Shown one piece after another: positions 15,685 through 24,146 of a stretch of 32,097 nucleotides of DNA (its first letter is position 1; each line of letters opens with the position of its first letter). The notes below the pieces were generated by a model. It was not told where the DNA came from. It saw nothing but the letters and a program-made list of their open reading frames with translations, and searched no databases. This DNA comes from Candidatus Nomurabacteria bacterium CG_4_10_14_0_2_um_filter_30_12 (GTDB taxonomy: Bacteria; Patescibacteriota; Minisyncoccia; Phycocordibacterales; UBA9973). The position numbers were made by a program, and so were the translations under genes. The DNA is taken from positions 1 through 32,097 of the forward strand of contig PFOY01000023.1 of the NCBI GenBank assembly GCA_002792755.1, read 5' to 3'.

Positions 15685-16297
15685 AATTTTGTACTGTGTT
15701 TTTTGGTTTTGTTAAAAATAACCAAGGCCAAATTTTTGGCATAAAGGTTACTAAAATGATGGATGGATATCCTATTATAGTTGTCCATCCTAATGAATCA
15801 AACCAGTCTTCATAATAGGTTATCCATGATAACCAATCACTTTCTACGGAGATAAAATAAAGTATTCCTCCAATCAGTGCAGTAATTTCTATAGAGAGTA
15901 GTCCATCATTCAATGAACTACCTTTAGTAATTTTTATTATATTTACAATCACATCAATTATTTGGACTGTTAAAATAGCAAAAAATACTACTATTGTCAT
16001 AAAATTCCATAGGTTGTTATCTTCTTTTATTTTAAAAAGAGAGACAACCAAAAATATTAAGAGACATAACCCCACTATTATTGTGTATCGAAATAATGTA
16101 CCATGCCATAGTAATTCACCAGGGTCTTCACTTTTAATAAAGTGAAAAATCGCCAAATATATAAACCCAGCACCTAATATGCTGAATTTATAGTGATTAA
16201 GTGCAGAGAGAGGGTGGTCAACAGAAAGTATTGTTATAATCACAAATGTTGAGCAAATTAATGCCCAACGCAACGAAATTGAAAGAAAGTTTTTCAT
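15683..16297 (-). CDS. hypothetical polytopic membrane protein (about 6 TM)
   Basis: 204-aa ORF that is hydrophobic throughout, with no recognised family. Confidence 0.6.
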   Translation of the reverse strand: MKNFLSISLRWALICSTFVIITILSVDHPLSALNHYKFSILGAGFIYLAIFHFIKSEDPGELLWHGTLFRYTIIVGLCLLIFLVVSLFKIKEDNNLWNFMTIVVFFAILTVQIIDVIVNIIKITKGSSLNDGLLSIEITALIGGILYFISVESDWLSWITYYEDWFDSLGWTTIIGYPSIILVTFMPKIWPWLFLTKPKNTVQN

Positions 16298-16420
16298 GAT
16301 GCAGTTCCTTTGTTTTTATTGAATGAAATTAATTAAATTGATCTTCTAAACATCCTTTACAAAAGAAACTTAGAAGACCAATCTAATTATTCACTATTTC
16401 AAATAGCTTAATCTGGTAGA

Positions 16421-16449
16421 AGTGTAGCATATTTAGACTTAAATGTCAA
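16421..16449 (-). promoter_or_regulatory. putative minus-strand promoter TTGACA - 17 nt - TACACT for the membrane-protein gene
   Basis: Read on the reverse complement, TTGACA is at 16449-16444 and TACACT at 16426-16421. The 5' UTR would be about 115 nt. Confidence 0.4.
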
Positions 16450-16677
16450 GTAGACAAAATAGGAATATTAAGTATACTAATAAACAAGAGATTTGATTGA
16501 GTTTCGGATGTATCTCAGTTTATATTAATAGGCTTATTATTAGGCATTAAGTTAATCACTATCCGAAATAAATAATATCGTTATTGAAAATAAAAAGAAG
16601 AGTTTTTTGTGTATTCTCTTTTGCTTTTCTTTTTGTTTTTAACTCATTTGTGTTTATTTTGAGGATTTTAAAAACTC

Positions 16678-19600
16678 ATGCAAACAACAAAACGTCCTAA
16701 GAAATATTTTTCTAGGTACAAGAATCCATTAATAGCATTTCCAAATTTGATAGAAGCTCAGACCAAGTCTTATAAATGGCTTGTCGAGGAAGGTATCAAA
16801 GAAGTTTTTAAAGAATTTTCTCCAATCATAGATTATTCTGGAAAAAAGTTTGAACTTGAGTTTACATCTTTCTCTCTTGGTGAACCTAATTGTGGAGAGA
16901 ATGAAGCTAAAATAAATAAACTCTCATATCAAGGACTTTTGAAGACTCGTGTTAAGTTAACAAATAAAATTTTAGGTACTGTAAAAGAGCAGGAGATTTT
17001 TATGTCGGAGCTTCCTTTGATGACTCCACACGGGACTTTTATTATAAATGGAGTAGAGCGTATTATAGTGCCTCAGCTTGCACGATCTTTTGGAGTTTTC
17101 TTTACAGAATCTGAAAGTAAAGGAAAGAGATATTTTGGTGCAAAAATCATTCCAGCTCGTGGTGTATGGATTGAAATAGAATCAGAATCTGATGGAGCAA
17201 TATATATAAGAATAGATAAAAAGAGAAAGTTTCCAGCAACTGCACTTTTACGCGTTATGGGTTATGGTTTAAATGAATTAATGTTGAAAGCATTTGAGGG
17301 TACTCATATATGTAAAGATGTAATTGAAGCTTGTTTAGCAAAAGATATGGCTAAAACTTTAAATGATGCATATATTGAGATATATAAACGTTTGAGAGAT
17401 GGAGATATGGCTACTCCTGATAATGCAAAAGAGTTTATTAATTCTTTATTTACTTCTGAAAGATATGATCTTTCTCCTGTCGGACGATATCGATTTAATC
17501 AACGTTTTGAAAAAGGATTAAATGAAGAAGAACTTGCTCGTAGAACTATTTCTAAAGAAGATTTAATAACAGTAATTACAAATATTATTGTTTTAAATAA
17601 TACAGTTGGTGCAAAATCTGATGATATAGATCACTTAGGTCAGAGACGTGTACGATTTGTTGGAGAGATGCTTCAACAAAAAGTACGTACTGGTATGATG
17701 CAAATCAAAAGAAATATTCAAGATAGAATGTCTATTATTGATGTTGATACTGCATTACCTATTCATATTATTAATCAACGACCACTTCAAGCTCGTATTA
17801 AAGAATTCTTTACCACAAACCAGCTTTCACAATTCATGAGTCAGGAGAATATTTTGGCTGAAATAGAACATATTCGTTTACTTTCTGCATTAGGTCCAGG
17901 AGGACTCACTCGTGAACGTGCAGGGCTTGAAGTGCGAGATGTGCATCCTTCTCACTATGGAAGAGTATGTCCTATTCATACTCCTGAAGGTCCAAACATT
18001 GGGCTTATTTTACATCTTTCAACTTATGCAAAAATAAATGATTTTGGAATTATTGAAACCCCATACATAAAAGTAAAGAATGGAAAGATTACAGGTGAAA
18101 TTCAATATTTGAATGCACTTGAAGAAGAAAAATATAACATTGCTCATGCTGCAATCTCTTATGATGAACATGGAAAAATAACAGAGGAAAGAGTAGCAGC
18201 TAGAGTAAAGACTAGTCCAGGAATGATCAACCGTGCCCAAGTTGATTTCATTGATGTCGCAGCAAATCAAGCTTTTTCTATAGCAACTTCTATGATTCCT
18301 TTCTTGGAACATAATGATGCTAATCGTTCTCTCATGGGATCAAACATGCAGAAACAAGCAGTACCTTGCGTGCTTCCAGAGGCACCACTCGTAGCTACTG
18401 GTATAGAAGCTCTTGCATCTCGAGATTCTGGTAGAATAATTCTTTCAGAAGAAGATGGTGTAGTTTCTTATTTAGATGCCAAGAAAATAATAGTTTCAGG
18501 AAAGAAAGAAATAACTTATCCACTTGTTAATTTTTTAAGAAATAATAATTTCTCTTCATTTCATCAACGTCCAGCTGTTGATGTAGGCCAGAAGATTAAA
18601 AAAGGTGATGTTTTAGCAGATACAACAAGCACTGTAGATGGACAAATTTCAATTGGACAAAATATTTTTGTAGCGTTTTTGTCTTGGTCTGGATCAAACT
18701 ATGAAGATGCGATAATAGTTTCTGAACGTCTTGTTAAAAAGAGTAAATTTACTAGTATTTATGTTGAAGAGTTTGTCTGTGTCGTTCGTGATACAAAACT
18801 TGGACCTGAAATAACTACTCGAGATATACCAAATGTTGGTGAATTAAAACTTAAAGATTTGGATGAAGATGGTATCATCCGTATTGGTGCTGAAGTAAGA
18901 GAAAATGATATTTTGATTGGTAAAATTACACCAAAAGGTGAGACAGAGCTTACTCCAGAAGAAAGACTTTTACGTTCAATTTTTGCGGAAAAAGCTCGTG
19001 ATGTCAAAGATACTTCACTTCGCGTGGAACATGGAAAGCGAGGACGTATCATTGGTATTAAAATCTTTTCTCGTGATTTAGGTCATACCCTTGAAGCAGG
19101 AATTATTAAAAAAATAATAATTGAGGTTGCTCAGGTTAGAAATATTTCAGTTGGAGATAAACTTTCAGGACGACATGGAAATAAGGGTGTTATTTCAAAA
19201 ATTCTTCCAGAAGAAGATATGCCTTATGCAGCAGATGGTACACCTATCGATATAATACTCTCACCACTTGGTGTCCCTTCTCGTATGAACTTAGGACAGA
19301 TTTTAGAAATGCATCTTGGAATGGCTGCTAATACATTAGGATATCAAGCTATAGTCCCTCCATTTCTTGGAGCACGTCATGAAGAGATAGGAGAAGAGTT
19401 AAAGAAAGCAGGATTTCCTTCAAATGGAAAATTGAAACTTTTTGATGGACGTACCGGAGAAGCTTTTGATCAAGACATTGCTGTTGGTTATATGTATATG
19501 TTGAAACTTCATCATATGGTAGAAGACAAGATACATATGCGTTCTATTGGACCTTACTCTCTCATTACTCAACAACCATTGGGCGGAAAAGCTCAAGGTG

Positions 19601-19866
19601 GAGGACAAAGATTTGGAGAAATGGAAGTATGGGCACTTGAAGGATATGGTGCAGCTTATACATTACGAGAAATGCTTACAATTAAATCTGATGACATTTT
19701 AGGTCGATCTGCTACATTTGATTCTATTATTAAAAACGAAACTATTAAACCACCAAATTCTCCTGCATCGTTTAATGTTTTGCTTAATTATTTACGAGGA
19801 TTAGCTCTCGATGTTAACTTGAAAAAATATGACTCTTTTATAAAAAATCAGGGTCATAATGAATAA
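16678..19866 (+). CDS. rpoB: DNA-directed RNA polymerase subunit beta
   Basis: 1062 aa with GDKLSGRHGNKGVISK, RMNLGQILE and QRFGEMEVWALEGYGA. Confidence 0.97.
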   Translation: MQTTKRPKKYFSRYKNPLIAFPNLIEAQTKSYKWLVEEGIKEVFKEFSPIIDYSGKKFELEFTSFSLGEPNCGENEAKINKLSYQGLLKTRVKLTNKILGTVKEQEIFMSELPLMTPHGTFIINGVERIIVPQLARSFGVFFTESESKGKRYFGAKIIPARGVWIEIESESDGAIYIRIDKKRKFPATALLRVMGYGLNELMLKAFEGTHICKDVIEACLAKDMAKTLNDAYIEIYKRLRDGDMATPDNAKEFINSLFTSERYDLSPVGRYRFNQRFEKGLNEEELARRTISKEDLITVITNIIVLNNTVGAKSDDIDHLGQRRVRFVGEMLQQKVRTGMMQIKRNIQDRMSIIDVDTALPIHIINQRPLQARIKEFFTTNQLSQFMSQENILAEIEHIRLLSALGPGGLTRERAGLEVRDVHPSHYGRVCPIHTPEGPNIGLILHLSTYAKINDFGIIETPYIKVKNGKITGEIQYLNALEEEKYNIAHAAISYDEHGKITEERVAARVKTSPGMINRAQVDFIDVAANQAFSIATSMIPFLEHNDANRSLMGSNMQKQAVPCVLPEAPLVATGIEALASRDSGRIILSEEDGVVSYLDAKKIIVSGKKEITYPLVNFLRNNNFSSFHQRPAVDVGQKIKKGDVLADTTSTVDGQISIGQNIFVAFLSWSGSNYEDAIIVSERLVKKSKFTSIYVEEFVCVVRDTKLGPEITTRDIPNVGELKLKDLDEDGIIRIGAEVRENDILIGKITPKGETELTPEERLLRSIFAEKARDVKDTSLRVEHGKRGRIIGIKIFSRDLGHTLEAGIIKKIIIEVAQVRNISVGDKLSGRHGNKGVISKILPEEDMPYAADGTPIDIILSPLGVPSRMNLGQILEMHLGMAANTLGYQAIVPPFLGARHEEIGEELKKAGFPSNGKLKLFDGRTGEAFDQDIAVGYMYMLKLHHMVEDKIHMRSIGPYSLITQQPLGGKAQGGGQRFGEMEVWALEGYGAAYTLREMLTIKSDDILGRSATFDSIIKNETIKPPNSPASFNVLLNYLRGLALDVNLKKYDSFIKNQGHNE

Positions 19867-19875
19867 AATTAAATT

Positions 19876-22800
19876 ATGAAAACACTAAATAAAACTGATT
19901 TTGATTATATTTCACTCAAGCTCGCATCACCAGAGCAAATAAAAGATTGGTCATATGGAGAAGTTACTAAACCTGAGACCATAAATTATCGTACAGGCAG
20001 ATCTGAACGTGGTGGTCTTTTTGATGAGAAAATATTTGGACCAGAAAAAGATTATGAATGTTATTGTGGAAAATATCGCCGAATTCGTTATAAAGATATT
20101 ATCTGTGAGAAATGTGGAGTCGAAGTGACTCGTTCTATAGTAAGAAGAGAAAGAATGGGGCATATTGAGCTTTCGACACCTGTTGCTCATATTTGGTTTT
20201 TAAGAGGAGTACCTTCTAGGATGAGTATCCTTTTAAATATTTCAGTATCTGATCTTGAAAAAGTTATTTATTTTGCTGGATATATAATTACGAAAGTTTA
20301 CGAAGATGAAAAAGAAATAATCGTTCAAGGTTTAGATAAAGAATATAAAGCTAAATTAAAAAATGCAGCAGATGAAGATACACGTCTTAAAGTAAAAGAT
20401 TTATTTACTAGTACAAAAAAAGAAATTTTAGAAATATATGAAGGAAAAGTTTTAAATGAAATTTCTTTTCACCACTATTCTTTAAAGTATGGTACTTGTT
20501 TTGAGGCAAATATTGGAGCTGAAGCTATTTATTCTATTTTTAAGAATCTTGATTTAAATAAATTAAAGATTCATACAGAAAAAATGCTTGAAAAAGCGAG
20601 TATTGTTGAGAAAGAAAAATTACAAAAAAGACTTTCTCTTATTCGTGCTATGACTTATGCAGAAATACGACCAGAATGGATGTTTTTGACGGTAATCCCT
20701 GTTATTCCTCCTGTATTGCGTCCAATGGTCGCACTCGATGGTGGACGTCATGCTACGTCAGATCTAAATGATCTTTATCGTCGTGTGATAAATAGAAATA
20801 ATCGTTTAAAAAAGTTAAAAGAAATAAATGCACCAGATGTAATATTGCGAAATGAAAAAAGAATTATTCAAGAAGCAGTAGATGCATTGATAGATAACTC
20901 AATTGCAAAACAAAATGATAGTGTCGCTATGAGTCAATCTCAAAAGCGTCCATTAAAATCTTTGTCTGATAATCTAAAATCTAAACAAGGTTTGTTTCGT
21001 CAAAATTTGCTTGGTAAACGAGTAGATTATTCTGGACGTTCTGTTATTGTTGTTGGTCCTGAACTTAAGCTTAATCAATGTGGATTGCCAAAACATATGG
21101 CACTTGAACTTTTTAGACCATTTGTAATTTCTAAAATTTTATTTGCTGAATTGGCCTTTAATATTCGTGGAGCAAATAAACTTATAGAAGAACGTACACC
21201 AGAAGTTTGGGCAATGCTTGAAGAAGTTATTCAAGGAAAATATGTTCTTTTAAATCGTGCACCTACTTTACATAGATTAGGAATTCAAGCTTTCAATCCT
21301 ATACTTATTGAAGGTAATGCTATTCAAGTACACCCACTTGTTTGTCAGGCTTTTAACGCAGACTTTGATGGAGACCAGATGGCTGTCTATGTTCCTCTTT
21401 TAGAAGAAGCTCAAAATGAAGCAAGGGTTTTAATGGCTGCAAATAAAAATTTACTTAAACCTCAAAATGGTGATCCTATTGTGCATCCAAGTAAAGATAT
21501 CGTACTTGGTTCTTACTGGATGACAAAATCTGTTGATGGTGAGAAAGGGGAAGGTAAACATTTTTCAAGTCCTAACACTGCTATAACTGCTTATGAACAT
21601 GGAGTAGTTTCTCTTCGAGCTAAAATTAAAGTTTTATCTACAAATAGTCATAAATATAAAAAATTTGGTGGAGAATTTTTCGACACTACTGTTGGTAAGC
21701 TTCTCTTTAATAGTGTTTTACCAAATGATTTTTCTTATGTAAGTGAAGAGATGAATCAAAAAAGGTTATCTTCGCTTGTTGATGAACTTATTATGCATTA
21801 TGGAGTAGATGAAACTCCTCCTATTCTTGATAAAATAAAAAGTTTTGGTTTTAAATATTCGACTTTTTCTGGAACGACTTGGGGTTTAGATAATATTAAG
21901 GTTCCACCAGAAAAAATAAAAATTATAGAAGATGGAAGAAAATTAGAAGAAAAAATAATTTCAGAATGGAATGATGGTCTTCTTTCTGAAGATGAAAGAT
22001 ACCAAAAAATTATTGAAATTTGGACTTATGCTAAAAAAGAATTAGAGAAAGTTCTTCCTCAAACACTTGATAAAAATGGTTCTACTTTTGATTTGTTTAC
22101 TTCAGGAGCAAGAGGGACTATGACTTCTTTAATACAGATGGCGGGAATGAAAGGGCTTATTCAAAACAACCAAGGTAGAACATTAGAATTTCCTATTATT
22201 CCTAGTTATTTTGAAGGACTTTCACCAATTGAATATTTCGTTACTACTCACGGTGCTCGTAAGGGTGCATCAGATACTGCACTTAACACTGCTAAAGCAG
22301 GTTATCTTACACGTCGTTTAGTCGATGTTTCGCAAGATGTCGTTATTACTGAAGAAGATTGTGGCACAAAAGAAGGAAAAATAGTAACAAAAGAAAATAT
22401 TTCTGGAATTGAAATTCCTCTTTCAAAAAATATTAGAGGACGTATTTTAGCTGGAGATTTAAAAGACAAAGATGGAAAAGTTCTTTATAAAAAAGGATTT
22501 TTAGTAACAAAAGAAGAAGCTTATAATATTGAAGGAGCAGGTTTTGAAGAAGTATTTGTTCGTTCTCCTCTTACTTGTCGTACTACTCACGGTCTTTGTC
22601 AGATGTGTTATGGTTTAGATCTAGGGCGAAATCATCTTGTAGAACAAGGAGAAGCAGTAGGTATTATAGCTGCTCAAGCAATCGGAGAACCAGGTACTCA
22701 GCTTACACTTCGTACGTTCCACGCTGGAGGTGTTGCTGGTACAGATATAACGACAGGGTTGCCTCGTATTGAAGAAATTTTTGAAAGGAGAATTCCTAAA

Positions 22801-23478
22801 AATCCTAGTGTAATATCTCAAACAGATGGAGAAGTTTTTGAGATAAAAGATAAAGATGGAAAAGAAAAAATAATTAAAGTACTTTCTGATGATAAAGATA
22901 GTAAAGTAAAAGAAATAGAATACCTTGTACCATTTCGCAGAATTCCTATAGTGAAAGTTGGCCAACAAGTTAAAAAAGGTGAACTTCTCACAGATGGTTC
23001 AGCAGATATAGCAGAAATATTTAAATTTGGAGGTAAAGAATTAGTTGAAGAATATATAATTAGAGAAATAAATAAAGTTTATGAGCTTCAAAGTGCTTCT
23101 ATCTCTAGAAAACATACTGAGATAATAATTCGTCAAATGTTTTCACGAAGAAAAATAAAAGATGCTGGTGAAACTAATTTCTCAGTTGGTGATATTGTAG
23201 AAAATACTGCATTTATTGAAGAAAATGAAAGAGTCACTAAGATAGGCCAACAAGAGGCGAAAGCAGAAATAATAGTGCTTGGTATTACGGAAGTTTCTCT
23301 TCGTACTAAAAGCTGGTTATCTGCTGCATCATTTCAAAATACAAATCGTGTTCTTATAGAGAATGCTATTAAGGGTGGAATTGATTCACTTCGAGGATTA
23401 AAAGAAAATGTTATTATTGGACGATTGATTCCAGCTGGAACTGGGTTTAAAAGTAGGTTTTCTTTACCAGAAGAATAG
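19876..23478 (+). CDS. rpoC: DNA-directed RNA polymerase subunit beta'
   Basis: 1200 aa with the N-terminal zinc motif CYCGKYRRIRYKDIICEKCG, the catalytic NADFDGDQMAV and the C-terminal GLKENVIIGRLIPAGTG. Confidence 0.97.
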   Translation: MKTLNKTDFDYISLKLASPEQIKDWSYGEVTKPETINYRTGRSERGGLFDEKIFGPEKDYECYCGKYRRIRYKDIICEKCGVEVTRSIVRRERMGHIELSTPVAHIWFLRGVPSRMSILLNISVSDLEKVIYFAGYIITKVYEDEKEIIVQGLDKEYKAKLKNAADEDTRLKVKDLFTSTKKEILEIYEGKVLNEISFHHYSLKYGTCFEANIGAEAIYSIFKNLDLNKLKIHTEKMLEKASIVEKEKLQKRLSLIRAMTYAEIRPEWMFLTVIPVIPPVLRPMVALDGGRHATSDLNDLYRRVINRNNRLKKLKEINAPDVILRNEKRIIQEAVDALIDNSIAKQNDSVAMSQSQKRPLKSLSDNLKSKQGLFRQNLLGKRVDYSGRSVIVVGPELKLNQCGLPKHMALELFRPFVISKILFAELAFNIRGANKLIEERTPEVWAMLEEVIQGKYVLLNRAPTLHRLGIQAFNPILIEGNAIQVHPLVCQAFNADFDGDQMAVYVPLLEEAQNEARVLMAANKNLLKPQNGDPIVHPSKDIVLGSYWMTKSVDGEKGEGKHFSSPNTAITAYEHGVVSLRAKIKVLSTNSHKYKKFGGEFFDTTVGKLLFNSVLPNDFSYVSEEMNQKRLSSLVDELIMHYGVDETPPILDKIKSFGFKYSTFSGTTWGLDNIKVPPEKIKIIEDGRKLEEKIISEWNDGLLSEDERYQKIIEIWTYAKKELEKVLPQTLDKNGSTFDLFTSGARGTMTSLIQMAGMKGLIQNNQGRTLEFPIIPSYFEGLSPIEYFVTTHGARKGASDTALNTAKAGYLTRRLVDVSQDVVITEEDCGTKEGKIVTKENISGIEIPLSKNIRGRILAGDLKDKDGKVLYKKGFLVTKEEAYNIEGAGFEEVFVRSPLTCRTTHGLCQMCYGLDLGRNHLVEQGEAVGIIAAQAIGEPGTQLTLRTFHAGGVAGTDITTGLPRIEEIFERRIPKNPSVISQTDGEVFEIKDKDGKEKIIKVLSDDKDSKVKEIEYLVPFRRIPIVKVGQQVKKGELLTDGSADIAEIFKFGGKELVEEYIIREINKVYELQSASISRKHTEIIIRQMFSRRKIKDAGETNFSVGDIVENTAFIEENERVTKIGQQEAKAEIIVLGITEVSLRTKSWLSAASFQNTNRVLIENAIKGGIDSLRGLKENVIIGRLIPAGTGFKSRFSLPEE

Positions 23479-23526
23479 AAAATAAAATCCCTTTATTAGG
23501 GATTTCTCGGAGGCCGAAGTTATTGT
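23477..23526 (-). ncRNA. candidate small RNA, left copy of the module flanking the toxin gene
   Basis: Predicted from the minus-strand promoter at 23533-23560. It contains CCTCCGAGA (23513-23505) and the hairpin AAATCCCT/aataa/AGGGATTT (23505-23485), followed by a U-rich tail. The ends are estimates. Confidence 0.3.
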
Positions 23527-23532
23527 AGATAA

Positions 23533-23560
23533 AGTATATTTGTTTAAAAATATATGTTAA
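23533..23560 (-). promoter_or_regulatory. putative minus-strand promoter TTAACA - 16 nt - TATACT overlapping the toxin start codon
   Basis: On the reverse complement, TTAACA is at 23560-23555 and TATACT at 23538-23533. Confidence 0.35.
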
Positions 23561-23970
23561 ACAAATTCGAGAAAAAATTAGAATATAAAAAAGATTTTGA
23601 CAGCTGGAATGAAAAGAAGAAAAGTATTGATCAAAAAGAAATTTCTGAGAGTATCTTTTTTAATGAACGAGAAATTTGGTGGGGATCTCTAGGTCTAAAT
23701 ATTGGTTATGAACAAGATGGGAAAAATGAAAATTTTGAACGCCCATTACTCATTGTAAGAAAATTTAATAGAAGTATTGTATGGGTATTGCCACTTACTA
23801 CCATTGCAAAAAATAATAAATTTCATTACACGTTGAAGTCGAGTGGCTCTATTGTTATACTTTCACAAATACGATTATTAAGTACTAAAAGACTCTTACG
23901 TTTAGTTGAAACAATAAATGAGAATGAGTTTAATGAAATTCTTACCAAGACTAAAGAATTATTCCCTTAA
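23554..23970 (+). CDS. PemK/MazF-family endoribonuclease toxin with an N-terminal extension, no adjacent antitoxin gene
   Basis: REIWWGSLGLNIGYEQDGKNENFERPLLIVRKFN...VLPLTT...ILSQIRLLSTKRL matches the MazF/PemK pattern (G.EQ.G.RP..V, PLT(S/T), Q.R..(D/S).(K/R)R). About 35 charged residues precede the core. Confidence 0.75.
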   Translation: MLNKFEKKLEYKKDFDSWNEKKKSIDQKEISESIFFNEREIWWGSLGLNIGYEQDGKNENFERPLLIVRKFNRSIVWVLPLTTIAKNNKFHYTLKSSGSIVILSQIRLLSTKRLLRLVETINENEFNEILTKTKELFP

Positions 23971-24024
23971 AAAGCGAAACCCCACTTTTCGGTGGGGAAT
24001 CTCGGAGGACTTACGTCCATTTAC
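23969..24024 (-). ncRNA. candidate small RNA, right copy of the module flanking the toxin gene
   Basis: It lies downstream of the minus-strand promoter at 24031-24058. It contains the GGAC/GUAA/GUCC stem-loop, CCTCCGAGA (24008-24000) and the hairpin CCCCAC/cgaaaa/GTGGGG (23997-23980), followed by TTTCGCTTTTT. The ends are estimates. Confidence 0.35.
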
Positions 24025-24030
24025 CACTAA

Positions 24031-24058
24031 AGTATAGCAAACTATAAATAAATGTCAA
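24031..24058 (-). promoter_or_regulatory. putative minus-strand promoter TTGACA - 16 nt - TATACT
   Basis: On the reverse complement, consensus TTGACA is at 24058-24053 and TATACT at 24036-24031. Confidence 0.45.
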
Positions 24059-24146
24059 GTAAATGTACAATTAACCATATGAGGTGACACTTTGATAGAA
24101 TTGGGGTGACAAAGGTTAACTATTAATATTTTAAAAGAAATAAGAA

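Noticed and set aside
15573-15788. 71-aa minus-strand ORF spanning the trmD terminator region
   Set aside because: It overlaps the 3' end of the 204-aa membrane-protein gene in another frame and runs through the terminator hairpins, so it has no support.
16298-16677. Hidden gene or RNA in the 380-nt spacer upstream of rpoB. Inverted repeats are TCTTCTAA/TTAGAAGA (about 16354-16390) and TTTCGGAT/ATCCGAAA (about 16503-16568).
   Set aside because: The stems are short (8 bp) with long AT-rich loops, and there is no ORF. Part of the region is explained by the divergent minus-strand promoter at 16421-16449. This is insufficient evidence for a distinct element, although an rpoB leader structure cannot be excluded.
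23967-24020. 17-codon minus-strand ORF (MDVSPPRFPTEKWGFAF) inside the right small-RNA candidate
   Set aside because: It is not called as a gene. The paralogous left module has no ATG or ORF, the peptide runs through the terminator hairpin, and no family is recognisable. It is kept as an alternative in the finding.
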